Shown: positions 1 through 7,219 of the stretch, one piece after another
Layout: each line of letters opens with the position of its first letter
Numbering within the stretch: the first letter of the stretch is position 1
Source: Lysobacterales bacterium
Lineage (GTDB): Bacteria; Pseudomonadota; Gammaproteobacteria; Xanthomonadales; SZUA-36
Length of the DNA: 64,000 bases
Reading direction: 5' to 3'
Assembly (NCBI GenBank): GCA_036351115.1
Contig: JAZBOL010000033.1
Span: 1,404 to 65,403 of the forward strand
Position numbers and translations under genes: made by a program
The notes under the pieces: model-generated
Told to the model about the DNA's origin: nothing
The model's input: only the letters and a program-made list of their open reading frames with translations
Database searches by the model: none

Positions 1-345
1 GGGGCGTGATCCGCTTTGCTCCAGTTTGCGAACGCCTTCCTCGACATAAATCGAGCGCAGCATCTCTACCAGAGCAGGGAACGAGATCGTTCCTACCAGT
101 AGTCGGACGACTTTTCGAAGCAATAGCGGTAGGACTTCCGCTATCGATCTAGCGTCCCCAGAAAGGGTGATTTTGTTTTCCAGTGGTCTGCCCGTTTTGG
201 TTGCTCAACACATCATTCAGCCGTGTTGGCTTTTCGCTGGGCGCGCGAACAGGTGTGCGCGGCAGCGATTGCCTCGACCGAACTCCATTTCGTGCAAGCC
301 TCAGTGCCGCAGACCACCGAGGAGGTAGTACCGGTGACGCCCGAT

Positions 346-399
346 CAAAGTTCCGCTGAGATCAGGTCACCAGGGTGTGCGGCCAAAGTTCCGCTGAGA
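346..399 (+). repeat. Perfect 16-nt direct repeat CAAAGTTCCGCTGAGA x2 (346-361 and 384-399)
   Basis: Read directly. Two identical 16-mers lie 38 nt apart in a lower-GC stretch with no convincing coding frame. Confidence 0.8.
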
Positions 400-525
400 C
401 CACAACACCTGAACGACAGGTTAATCACTTAATCAAAGGCTTGCACCTGCTTACTTAGGGTCTTTCGCTCCTTCTTCCCTCAAAAAGACCGGCCCGGGCG
501 TCCGCTGTGATCACCTGGGCTGGTG

Positions 526-560
526 AAAAAAAACGGTGCCCCCACTCCATCGAAGGCACC
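526..560 (-). terminator. Rho-independent terminator of the long GGA-rich sRNA
   Basis: On the minus strand, GGTGCC (560-555) pairs with GGCACC (540-535) around a GGA-containing loop, followed by eight U (plus-strand A-run 526-533). Confidence 0.75.
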
Positions 561-860
561 AATCGCAGGGCGGGTTAAAAAGGCTCCCGCATTTGTCGAG
601 CGTCCTTGCTCCTCGACCTGGCCCCTCGGCTCGGGTCTCGTAGATCGTTGTTTCCCAACAACTAACCTGGAAATGGTTCCGCACAGGCCATCCTGGCCTC
701 GGCATGGTTGGCGCGTCCTTGCGCCTCGATCAATCCCTTGTCATTTCCATGGTCTGTTTCTTTGCCCGCCGATCCTGGCAGGACTTTCCGGGCTCGCCAT
801 TCCCTGGTGGCCCCGCCACTGCAAATTTCCGGGAAATTTCCGGAGACTCCTGTGACGTTG
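526..860 (-). ncRNA. Long GGA-rich sRNA candidate, CsrB/RsmX-like CsrA/RsmA sponge (~335 nt)
   Basis: The minus strand has 16 GGA triplets by hand count. Several sit in loops of short hairpins: GGCGC-AAGGAC-GCGCC (710-725), GGCCA-GGA-TGGCC (686-698), GTTGTT-GGGA-AACAAC (647-662) and GTCGAG-GAGCAAGGACG-CTCGAC (595-617). CCGGAAATTT occurs twice near the 5' end. It ends in a GC stem plus U8 and has a TATAGT -10 at 867-872. Overlapping track ORFs have no recognisable protein features. Confidence 0.6.
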
Positions 861-876
861 AAATAGACTATATCAG

Positions 877-898
877 CTATAGACATGCGGGTCTATAG
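877..898. promoter_or_regulatory. Perfect 8-6-8 palindrome CTATAGAC-ATGCGG-GTCTATAG, a candidate dimeric regulator site
   Basis: Read directly. It overlaps the -35/spacer of the minus-strand sRNA promoter and lies about 95 nt upstream of the plus-strand sRNA start. Confidence 0.6.
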
Positions 899-910
899 CC
901 AATTTTGTTT

Positions 911-949
911 TTAGACAAAAAAGAATTTAGACAAAAAAGTGAATAGACA
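911..949 (+). repeat. Phased direct repeats: TTAGACAAAAAAG x2 (911-923, 927-939) plus a third TAGACA (944-949)
   Basis: Read directly. TAGACA starts at 912, 928 and 944, a 16-bp phase. Further TAGAC copies lie at 864-868 and 879-883, and an inverted copy at 891-895. Confidence 0.8.
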
Positions 950-950
950 C

Positions 951-979
951 TTGTGCATTTAGCCAAAAGTGGCTATAGT
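951..979 (+). promoter_or_regulatory. Sigma70-type promoter TTGTGC-N17-TATAGT for the short GGA-rich sRNA
   Basis: -35 TTGTGC (951-956), a 17-nt spacer, and -10 TATAGT (974-979). Confidence 0.5.
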
Positions 980-985
980 GTCTTC

Positions 986-1170
986 AACGAGGGACGAAAA
1001 GGGCATGGATTGGCCCTTTTCACAGGCAAAAGGATTTGCCGGATAGCAGAAGGATCTGCGCAGCGTAAGGAAGCGCTTTGACCTCGTCGCAAGGAAGCAC
1101 TTAGCGGGTGGCGACACGTCCGCAGGGCGGCTCGGAACATCAAGGACGATGTTCCAGCCGCTTTTTTTTT
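986..1170 (+). ncRNA. Short GGA-rich sRNA candidate, RsmY/RsmZ/CsrC-like (~185 nt; 5' end inferred)
   Basis: It has 9 GGA triplets, and every predicted hairpin presents GGA in its loop. These are GAAAAGGGC-AUGGAUUG-GCCCUUUUC (996-1021), GGCAAA-AGGA-UUUGCC (1025-1040), CAGA-AGGA-UCUG (1047-1058), AGCG-UAAGGAAG-CGCU (1062-1077) and GUCGC-AAGGAAG...-GCGAC (1086-1115). The terminator loop is AAGGAC. It ends in U9. Confidence 0.7.
1127..1170 (+). terminator. Rho-independent terminator of the short GGA-rich sRNA
   Basis: GCGGCUCGGAACAUC pairs with GAUGUUCCAGCCGC around an AAGGAC loop, followed by nine U (1162-1170). Confidence 0.85.
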
Positions 1171-1284
1171 GTGCGTTCGAAACTGGCGACACCGCGGATG
1201 CGTCGTCGCGCACCGGGCGCTGCAGCACCTGCATCACGGTGAAGGTCGCCAGGTGGGGTCGGGTTTCAGTTCCGAGCGGGGAAT

Positions 1285-1800
1285 TCAATCCCGGCCGGGA
1301 TTGAGATGGCCGCAGCGAGCGCAGGTGCGGTGTTCCTCGCTGCTGAAATAGCGGTCGAAGACCGGGCCAAACTGCGATTCGATGTCCACCAGCTCGAAAT
1401 ACTCCTCGTAGAGCTTGTGGTGGCACTGTTCACAGAACCAGATGAGTCCGTCCAGTTCGCCGGGACGGCGCTGACGTTCGATCACGAGCCCGACCGTATT
1501 CGCGCCGCGCTGGGGCGAATGGGGTACACCGGAGGGCAACAGGAAAATTTCGCCCTCAGTGACGGTAACGTCCCTGACGGCCCCATCCTCGAACACGCGG
1601 AGGACCAGGTCACCCTCGACCTGGTAAAAAAACTCGGGACCCTCCTCGACGTGGAAATCCGTCCTTGCGTTCGGTCCGCCGACCACCATGCAGATGAATT
1701 CGCCGTTCTCCCAGATGACCTTGTTGCCTACCGGAGGTTTGAGCAGGTGGCGGTGTTCCTCGATCCAGGTGGCGAAATTGATCGGCGGCAGCAAAGACAT
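1285..1800 (-). CDS. nbaC: 3-hydroxyanthranilate 3,4-dioxygenase
   Basis: 171 aa. Cupin core [17 protein letters not shown]-terminal [19 protein letters not shown], and C-terminal Cys pairs FCEQCHH...CARCGH typical of bacterial HAAO. Confidence 0.9.
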   Translation of the reverse strand: MSLLPPINFATWIEEHRHLLKPPVGNKVIWENGEFICMVVGGPNARTDFHVEEGPEFFYQVEGDLVLRVFEDGAVRDVTVTEGEIFLLPSGVPHSPQRGANTVGLVIERQRRPGELDGLIWFCEQCHHKLYEEYFELVDIESQFGPVFDRYFSSEEHRTCARCGHLNPGRD

Positions 1801-1813
1801 GCTTGGTTCGGTC

Positions 1814-3214
1814 TCAGAAGTCAGCGCGGCCGGGAACGCGGGGGTAGGGGATCACGTCCCGGATGTTGCTCATGCCGGTGACATAGCTGACCAGGCGTTC
1901 GAAACCGAGACCAAAGCCGGCGTGCGGCACCGTTCCGTAGCGGCGCAGATCCAGGTACCAGTCATAGGTCTCCTTGTCGAGCTCCAGTTCGTCCATGCGG
2001 CGCTCCAGCACCTCGAGCCGCTCTTCACGCTGGGACCCGCCGATGATCTCCCCGATGCCCGGCGCGAGCACGTCCATCGCGGCCACCGTCCGCTCGTCAT
2101 CGCTCAGACGCATATAGAAAGCCTTGATCTCCGTGGGATAGTTCTTGACGATCACCGGCGCCTTGAAGTGCTGCTCGGTCAGGTAACGCTCGTGTTCGGT
2201 CTGCAAGTCGAGGCCCCACTGGGCGGGAAACTCGAACTTTTTGCCGGACGCCACGAGGATGTCGATGGCTTCCGCGTAGTCGATGCGGACGAATTCGGTG
2301 TTCAGCACGGACTCCAGCCGCGTGATGGCCTCCGGCTCGATGCGCTGGGCGAAAAACGCCATGTCGTCCGGGCATTCCTCCAGCACGGCCTTGAAGATGT
2401 ATTTGAGAAAGTCCTCGGCGAGATCGGCCAGGTCGTCCAGGTCGGCGAAGGCGATTTCCGGCTCCACCATCCAGAATTCCGCCAGGTGGCGGGCCGTGTT
2501 CGAGTTTTCCGCGCGAAACGTGGGTCCAAAGGTGTACACCTTGCTCATGGACAGGCAGTAGGCCTCCACGTTGAGCTGGCCCGACACGGTCAGGAAGGTC
2601 TCCCGGCCGAAGAAATCCTCGCTGAAGTCCACCTCGCCACTGTCGGTCCGGGGCAGGTTCGCCAGGTCCAGGGTGCTCACCCGGAACATGTGGCCGGCGC
2701 CCTCGGCGTCCGAGGCCGTGATGATCGGGGTGTTGATCCAGTAGTAGCCGCGCTCATGGTAGTAGCGGTGAATGGCCTGCGCGCAGGCGTTCCGCACCCG
2801 GGTAACGGCCCCGAAGGTGTTGGTGCGCGGACGAAGATGGCCCACGTCGCGCAGAAATTCGAAGCTGTGCTGCTTGGGTTGGATGGGATAGGTATCCGGA
2901 TCGCTCACCCAGCCCAGTACTTCCACGTCGCTGGCCTTGACCTCGAAGGCCTGGCCGCGACCGCGCGACTCCACCAGTTCCCCGGTGCAACGCACCGCGC
3001 AACCCGTGGTGAGTTTCTGCACCTCGTCGGCGTAATTGTCCAGTTCCCCCGGCGCCACGACCTGGATTGGGTGGAAACCCGAGCCATCGGCCACGTGAAT
3101 GAAGGAGAAACCGGCCTTGGAATCTCGGCGGGTTCGCACCCAGCCTTCGATCGTGACGGTATCGCCCACCGGTACTTCGCCGGCGAGGCATTGTTTGATG
3201 CTACTGGGAGACAT
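1814..3214 (-). CDS. asnS: Asparagine--tRNA ligase
   Basis: Class II aaRS motifs [29 protein letters not shown] and GFGLGFERL. The start is set at ATG 3214 (MSPSSIKQ), giving 466 aa; the track ORF begins 51 nt further upstream. Confidence 0.95.
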   Translation of the reverse strand: MSPSSIKQCLAGEVPVGDTVTIEGWVRTRRDSKAGFSFIHVADGSGFHPIQVVAPGELDNYADEVQKLTTGCAVRCTGELVESRGRGQAFEVKASDVEVLGWVSDPDTYPIQPKQHSFEFLRDVGHLRPRTNTFGAVTRVRNACAQAIHRYYHERGYYWINTPIITASDAEGAGHMFRVSTLDLANLPRTDSGEVDFSEDFFGRETFLTVSGQLNVEAYCLSMSKVYTFGPTFRAENSNTARHLAEFWMVEPEIAFADLDDLADLAEDFLKYIFKAVLEECPDDMAFFAQRIEPEAITRLESVLNTEFVRIDYAEAIDILVASGKKFEFPAQWGLDLQTEHERYLTEQHFKAPVIVKNYPTEIKAFYMRLSDDERTVAAMDVLAPGIGEIIGGSQREERLEVLERRMDELELDKETYDWYLDLRRYGTVPHAGFGLGFERLVSYVTGMSNIRDVIPYPRVPGRADF

Positions 3215-3322
3215 GTGGCTCTGGTTGAATCGATGACGGAAGGCCACAGATAATAAAGCACGCACCGGGGTGCGTCAGCACCCGTGCGTGATTGCTTTCA
3301 AGCACACCGCCAGGAGAGGAAC

Positions 3323-3646
3323 ATGTCCATCCAATTGACCCCCGTCGCAGCCGAGCGCGTTCACCAGTTCCTCGAGAAGGAGGGTGGGGTGGCGCTGCGC
3401 GTCGGCGTCCGCAAAACCGGGTGCTCCGGCTGGGCCTACGTGGTCGAACTGGCCAGGGACATCCCCGCGGACGACCACCTCTTCGAAGACCGGGGCGTTC
3501 GCGTGGTCGTCGATGCGACGAGCCTGCCGCTGGTGGATGGATCCACCATCGATTTCGTCACCGAGGGGCTCAACCGAACCTTCAAGTTCGACAACCCCAA
3601 CGCCACGGAAGAGTGTGGCTGTGGCGAGTCCTTCACGATCCAGTGA
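3323..3646 (+). CDS. HesB/IscA-family iron-sulfur cluster carrier protein
   Basis: 107 aa. Conserved Cys in KTGCSGWAY and C-terminal CGCGESFTIQ. SD GGAGAGG lies upstream of ATG 3323. Confidence 0.85.
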   Translation: MSIQLTPVAAERVHQFLEKEGGVALRVGVRKTGCSGWAYVVELARDIPADDHLFEDRGVRVVVDATSLPLVDGSTIDFVTEGLNRTFKFDNPNATEECGCGESFTIQ

Positions 3647-4914
3647 GCGAAGTCTCCCACGACCCCAGCCCCAATGAAATCAGTCGTGAATCCCTGGTGC
3701 AGATCCTCGAGATCATGCACCGGCTCGCTGCGCCCGAGGCCATGCCTGAGCTGCTGCGGGAAATCATGGAGGTCGGCAAGGTCGCCATCGTCGCCGATGC
3801 CGGCGTTCTCTGGCTAAAAGACCGCGCGACCGGGCGACTGCGCCGGGTTGTTCCGTCTCTCGAACAGCGAACGGAACTGGAGTTGGGGCAGGGCTGGGCC
3901 GGGCTCTGTGCCGAGTCCCGCGAGATGTCGAACATTCCCGACTGCCGCAAGGACGAACGTTACCGGTCCCATCCACTGACCCTTCCCGGCCTGGAGCCGC
4001 TGTCACTCCTCAATGTGCCGATCCTGGGCCAGGATCTCGAGCTGCTGGGGGTGATGCAGTGGCTGGGCAAGGCGCCCGGGCAGTTCGACGAGCACGATGA
4101 ATGGGTCGGCCCGGCGCTCGCAGCTCAGGCAGCGGTGGCCATCCAGCATGCCTACATGACGGACGAGCTGCTGGCCAACGCCATCCTGGCCCGCGAGGTT
4201 GCGGTGGCGCGGGAAATTCAACAGAGCACGCTGCCGGACGCCATGCCGGAGGTCCCCGGCTACGAGGTATGCGGCCGGTTTCTGCCGACCGATCACACCG
4301 GTGGAGACCTCTATGACGTGGTGTTGCTGGACGGGCGGCTGTTCCTCCTGCTGGGTGACGCCACGGGTCACGGCTTTGGCCCGGCACTCTCGGCGACCCA
4401 GCTGCAAGCCATGTTCCGTGTGGCCTTTCGACTTGGGGCGGACCTGGACGAAGCCTATCGCCACGTCAACAACCAGATGGTCGAGGATCTGCCGGATGAC
4501 CGCTTTATCACGGCATTCATGGGATTCCTCGATCCGGAGCGCCACGAAGTGGCATTTCACTCCGCGGGCCAGGGGCCCATCCTGCACTACCGGGCGGCGG
4601 AGCGTCGCTGCGAATGGCACAAACCGACGAGTTTCCCGGTCGGCATCATGGACCTCGACGGATCGGGCCGGTCCCAGCGGCTGGCCCTCGCGCCGGGCGA
4701 TATTCTGGGCCTGATCTCCGACGGCATCTACGAGTTTCCCGATGACGCCGGCAAGGGCTTCGGGGAACAGCGGGTGGCACAAGTCTTCGAACGACTCCAT
4801 GGGGCTTCGGTGCACACCCTGGCCGATCGATTGATTCAGGCGGCCGCGGCCCATGGCGGAAGCGAAGGGCAGGTGGACGACATCACGCTGGTGCTGCTTC
4901 GACGGCAGCCCTGA
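3643..4914 (+). CDS. GAF-domain PP2C (SpoIIE/RsbU-type) serine phosphatase
   Basis: N-terminal GAF-like region (ILEIMHRL...VLWLKDRATGRL). PP2C motifs GGDLYDV, LLLGDATGHG, SDGIYEF and DDITLVLL. GTG 3643 overlaps the upstream stop (GTGA) and is the only in-frame start upstream of the GAF region. Confidence 0.8.
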   Translation: MSEVSHDPSPNEISRESLVQILEIMHRLAAPEAMPELLREIMEVGKVAIVADAGVLWLKDRATGRLRRVVPSLEQRTELELGQGWAGLCAESREMSNIPDCRKDERYRSHPLTLPGLEPLSLLNVPILGQDLELLGVMQWLGKAPGQFDEHDEWVGPALAAQAAVAIQHAYMTDELLANAILAREVAVAREIQQSTLPDAMPEVPGYEVCGRFLPTDHTGGDLYDVVLLDGRLFLLLGDATGHGFGPALSATQLQAMFRVAFRLGADLDEAYRHVNNQMVEDLPDDRFITAFMGFLDPERHEVAFHSAGQGPILHYRAAERRCEWHKPTSFPVGIMDLDGSGRSQRLALAPGDILGLISDGIYEFPDDAGKGFGEQRVAQVFERLHGASVHTLADRLIQAAAAHGGSEGQVDDITLVLLRRQP

Positions 4915-5066
4915 ACCGGGTCCGCCGGTTCGCCAGGGCACGCTCACTTTTCTGTCCGGAGACAAACCGGAACACGAAAAGCCTTCGCGGCGCTTGGAGT
5001 CCGGCCCCCGAACTCATTACACTGTGCCCCGCGTGTGGGCAGGCTGCCGCGCAGAAGGGACCACCC

Positions 5067-5477
5067 ATGAAACAACGCTTCGCTCGCAACCTGAACGAGC
5101 TGTCCGCCATCGTGGCGTCGACGGAAGCTTTTTTTGCCCGCGAAGGCCTGCCTTCCTCACTGCGAAACCGCGCGGATCTGTGCATCGAGGAACTGTTCGT
5201 CAACATGGTGACCTACAACACGGAATCGAACGAGGACATCCAGCTGGAACTCGAAGCCTGCGATCCCGGGCTTCGCATTCGACTGGTGGACAGGGACGTG
5301 GACCGTTTCGACCCGCGTATGGGGCCGGCCGTGGACACGGAGGCCTCCATCGAGGAGCGCGAGCCGGGCGGACTGGGGCTTTACCTGGTCATGAAAATGG
5401 CGAGTGAAATCCGCTACGCCTATCGCGACCGGGTCAGCACCATCACCCTGGACCTGGAGGCCGACGACCATGTTTGA
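5067..5477 (+). CDS. RsbW-like anti-sigma factor / serine protein kinase (HATPase_c family)
   Basis: 136 aa. N-box-like EELFVNMVTYN and G-box-like EPGGLGLYLVMKMA. SD GAAGGGA upstream. Confidence 0.75.
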   Translation: MKQRFARNLNELSAIVASTEAFFAREGLPSSLRNRADLCIEELFVNMVTYNTESNEDIQLELEACDPGLRIRLVDRDVDRFDPRMGPAVDTEASIEEREPGGLGLYLVMKMASEIRYAYRDRVSTITLDLEADDHV

Positions 5478-5772
5478 AATCACCGCGGAAGGCGACGGTC
5501 GAGTCGTGGTCAAGGGCCGCCTGGATGCGGCGCGGGCGCCCCGTGCCCAGGAATTTCTCGACCGCATCGAGGGGGCATGCATCATCAACATGGCGCAACT
5601 CGAATACATTTCGAGCGCGGGTCTCGGCGTGCTGCTGCGCACGCACAAGCGTCTTCTCGAAAAGGGCGAAGGGGTGCGCCTGGTCGAGGTCAATTCCCAT
5701 ATCTACGACATCTTTACCTACTCGGGTTTCGATCGGCTTTTTCATATCGAATCCCGGGCCGCATCGGACTGA
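5470..5772 (+). CDS. STAS-domain anti-sigma-factor antagonist (RsbV/SpoIIAA-like)
   Basis: 100 aa. STAS signature LEYISSAGLGVLLR with a candidate phospho-Ser. The ATG overlaps the upstream gene by 8 nt. Confidence 0.8.
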   Translation: MFEITAEGDGRVVVKGRLDAARAPRAQEFLDRIEGACIINMAQLEYISSAGLGVLLRTHKRLLEKGEGVRLVEVNSHIYDIFTYSGFDRLFHIESRAASD

Positions 5773-5810
5773 ATGTGAAGCCCACACTCCCCACCAACCG
5801 CTCTGCCGGC

Positions 5811-5837
5811 GGAACCGTACCTTTTTCGGCAACGCTA
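5811..5837 (+). promoter_or_regulatory. Candidate ECF-type promoter GGAAC-N17-CGCTA upstream of the ECF sigma gene
   Basis: GGAAC (5811-5815), a 17-nt spacer, CGCTA (5833-5837), about 44 nt before GTG 5881. Pattern match only. Confidence 0.3.
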
Positions 5838-5880
5838 TCGGCGACTTTTTGGGCAACTTTTTTCGCGGAGACCGGTAGTT

Positions 5881-6423
5881 GTGGGTAAGGACCAGGATCA
5901 GGCGCTGATCGAGGACTGCCGAAATGGCGATCGACGCGCGCTGGGCTCCCTGGTCCGGCGGTACGAGCGGCCCATCTACAACGCCGCCTATCGCATGCTC
6001 GGTACGGCGGACGAGGCAGCCGATGTCGCCCAGACGACCTTCCTGAAGGCGTTTGAGAACCTTCATCGCTACAACCCGCAGTACAAGTTTTTCAGCTGGA
6101 TTTACCGCATCGCGGTGAACGAGTCCATCAACCAGCTCAATCGGCGCAAGCGCCTGGATGAGCTGGGGGACAACGAGGTGGCGTCGGGCCCGGGGCCGGA
6201 CGCAACCTTCGACGCAGACCAGGTGAGCGAGGAACTGCAAAAGGCCCTCATGACCCTGACGCAGGATCACCGTGCGGTGATCGTGCTGCGGCACTTCACC
6301 GAGATCAGCTACCGGGAGATCGGGGAGATTCTCCAGATTCCGGAGAAGACGGTGAAATCCCGGCTGTTTTCGGCCCGCAAGGCCATGAAGGCGCAGTTGG
6401 AGCGCAAGGGGTATACCCCATGA
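5881..6423 (+). CDS. ECF-family RNA polymerase sigma factor
   Basis: Region 2 (DVAQTTFLKAF, FFSWIYRIAVNESIN) and region 4 HTH (SYREIGEILQIPEKTVKSRLFSARK). GTG start. Confidence 0.9.
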   Translation: MGKDQDQALIEDCRNGDRRALGSLVRRYERPIYNAAYRMLGTADEAADVAQTTFLKAFENLHRYNPQYKFFSWIYRIAVNESINQLNRRKRLDELGDNEVASGPGPDATFDADQVSEELQKALMTLTQDHRAVIVLRHFTEISYREIGEILQIPEKTVKSRLFSARKAMKAQLERKGYTP

Positions 6424-7196
6424 TGGATGAAATGGACAAAGAACGGATCCAGGAGCTGGTCCAGGCGGGCGTCGACGGAGAACTCGACGCCGAAGGCCGG
6501 CAGCGTCTCGCTGCGCTGCTGGACGAGTCCGCGGAAGCGCGCGCGCTCCATGAAGACCTGGAGCGGCTCAAGGCGTTTATCGACCGGGCGCCGGAATTGC
6601 CGGTACCGGACAGCCTGCACGATGCGATCGTGCGCGGCGTAACGCTGCCCAGTCCGCCGGCCTGGAAACGCTGGCTCCGGTTTTCCGAGCTGCCCGGATT
6701 TGTTCGCTACGGGATGGCCGGCGCGGCAGCAATGGTGCTGACCGTGGTGGTGTATCAGGCGGGCGAACAGCTCGATCCGGCGCAGGGCTATGACGACCTG
6801 GTGGGCACCATCGCCGCGAGCGGCCCTGATGCGCGCAAGGTGGACGAGGTTAAATTCGGGAGCGCGGACGCACGGGGTGAGGCCCGGCTGCTTGCCAAGC
6901 CGGAAGGCTACGCGCTGGCCGTGGACCTCGACCTCGCGGCGCCGACGGAACTCGCGATCACCCTGCCCGGGGAGGCCTACCGGTTCAACGCCTTTGCGCA
7001 GGGCGCGGATTCGCTGTCCGCCGTTTCCTGGTCCGGAAACCGGCTTACGGCGACGGCCGACGGCAAGCAGCGTTTCGTGGTGCTGCTGAGTGAGTCCACC
7101 GGCGACCCGTCCCCCGGTGAGATCACGCTCAGCCTGTCACGCAATGGCACCGTACTCCTTGCCGGCGCGCTCGATCCCTCGACTGCAAGGGACTGA
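6420..7196 (+). CDS. Putative membrane-spanning anti-sigma factor
   Basis: The start overlaps the sigma stop (ATGA). It has a helical N-terminal segment, one TM (GMAGAAAMVLTVVVY) and a ~140-aa extracytoplasmic domain. No HxxxCxxC zinc motif. The assignment rests on position and architecture. Confidence 0.6.
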   Translation: MMDEMDKERIQELVQAGVDGELDAEGRQRLAALLDESAEARALHEDLERLKAFIDRAPELPVPDSLHDAIVRGVTLPSPPAWKRWLRFSELPGFVRYGMAGAAAMVLTVVVYQAGEQLDPAQGYDDLVGTIAASGPDARKVDEVKFGSADARGEARLLAKPEGYALAVDLDLAAPTELAITLPGEAYRFNAFAQGADSLSAVSWSGNRLTATADGKQRFVVLLSESTGDPSPGEITLSLSRNGTVLLAGALDPSTARD

Positions 7197-7219
7197 TTCC
7201 GCAGGTCGGGGCACCGGGT

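Larger units (their letters stand above)
861..985. promoter_or_regulatory. Shared divergent control region between the two sRNA genes
   Basis: TATAGT -10 hexamers face outward on both strands (867-872 minus, 974-979 plus). Each is followed by a near-identical discriminator/start context: TATAGTCTATTTCAACG versus TATAGTGTCTTCAACG. Confidence 0.55.

Noticed and set aside
1-190. Open frame on the minus strand running off the left edge (..ENKITLSGDARSIAEVLPLLLRKVVRLLVGTISFPALVEMLRSIYVEEGVRKLEQSGSRP)
   Set aside because: Only about 60 codons are visible, the start is ambiguous (TTG at 123 or ATG at 63), and I recognise no family. Evidence is insufficient to call a gene or to claim a mobile-element border.
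778-800. GGACTTTCCGGGCTCG, superficially like the RNase P RNA GGAAAGTCCGGGCTCC box
   Set aside because: The motif differs at the key AAG positions, and none of the other conserved RNase P helices or the ACAGAA/GGTAA elements are nearby. The region fits the GGA-rich sRNA interpretation.
511-1426. Track ORFs 511-705(-), 523-855(+), 662-886(-), 704-898(+), 959-1426(-) and 1169-1351(+)
   Set aside because: They have no SD or family motifs and atypical composition. They are cut by two strong intrinsic terminators and overlap the GGA-hairpin units, which are better explained as sRNAs. The last two also run into the nbaC 3' end.
1688-3253. 521-aa plus-strand ORF opposite asnS. Similar long mirror ORFs lie at 14070-15524, 18497-19678, 20542-21951, 41535-42968, 45881-47482, 49553-50650, 50667-51989, 57568-59511 and 62220-63641.
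   Set aside because: Each lies antisense to a gene with unambiguous family motifs (asnS, hemN, yfcC, the GH92-like gene, serA, dnaB, pspF, radA, htpG, mutS). Each translates to repetitive R/G/A/P-rich sequence without recognisable domains.
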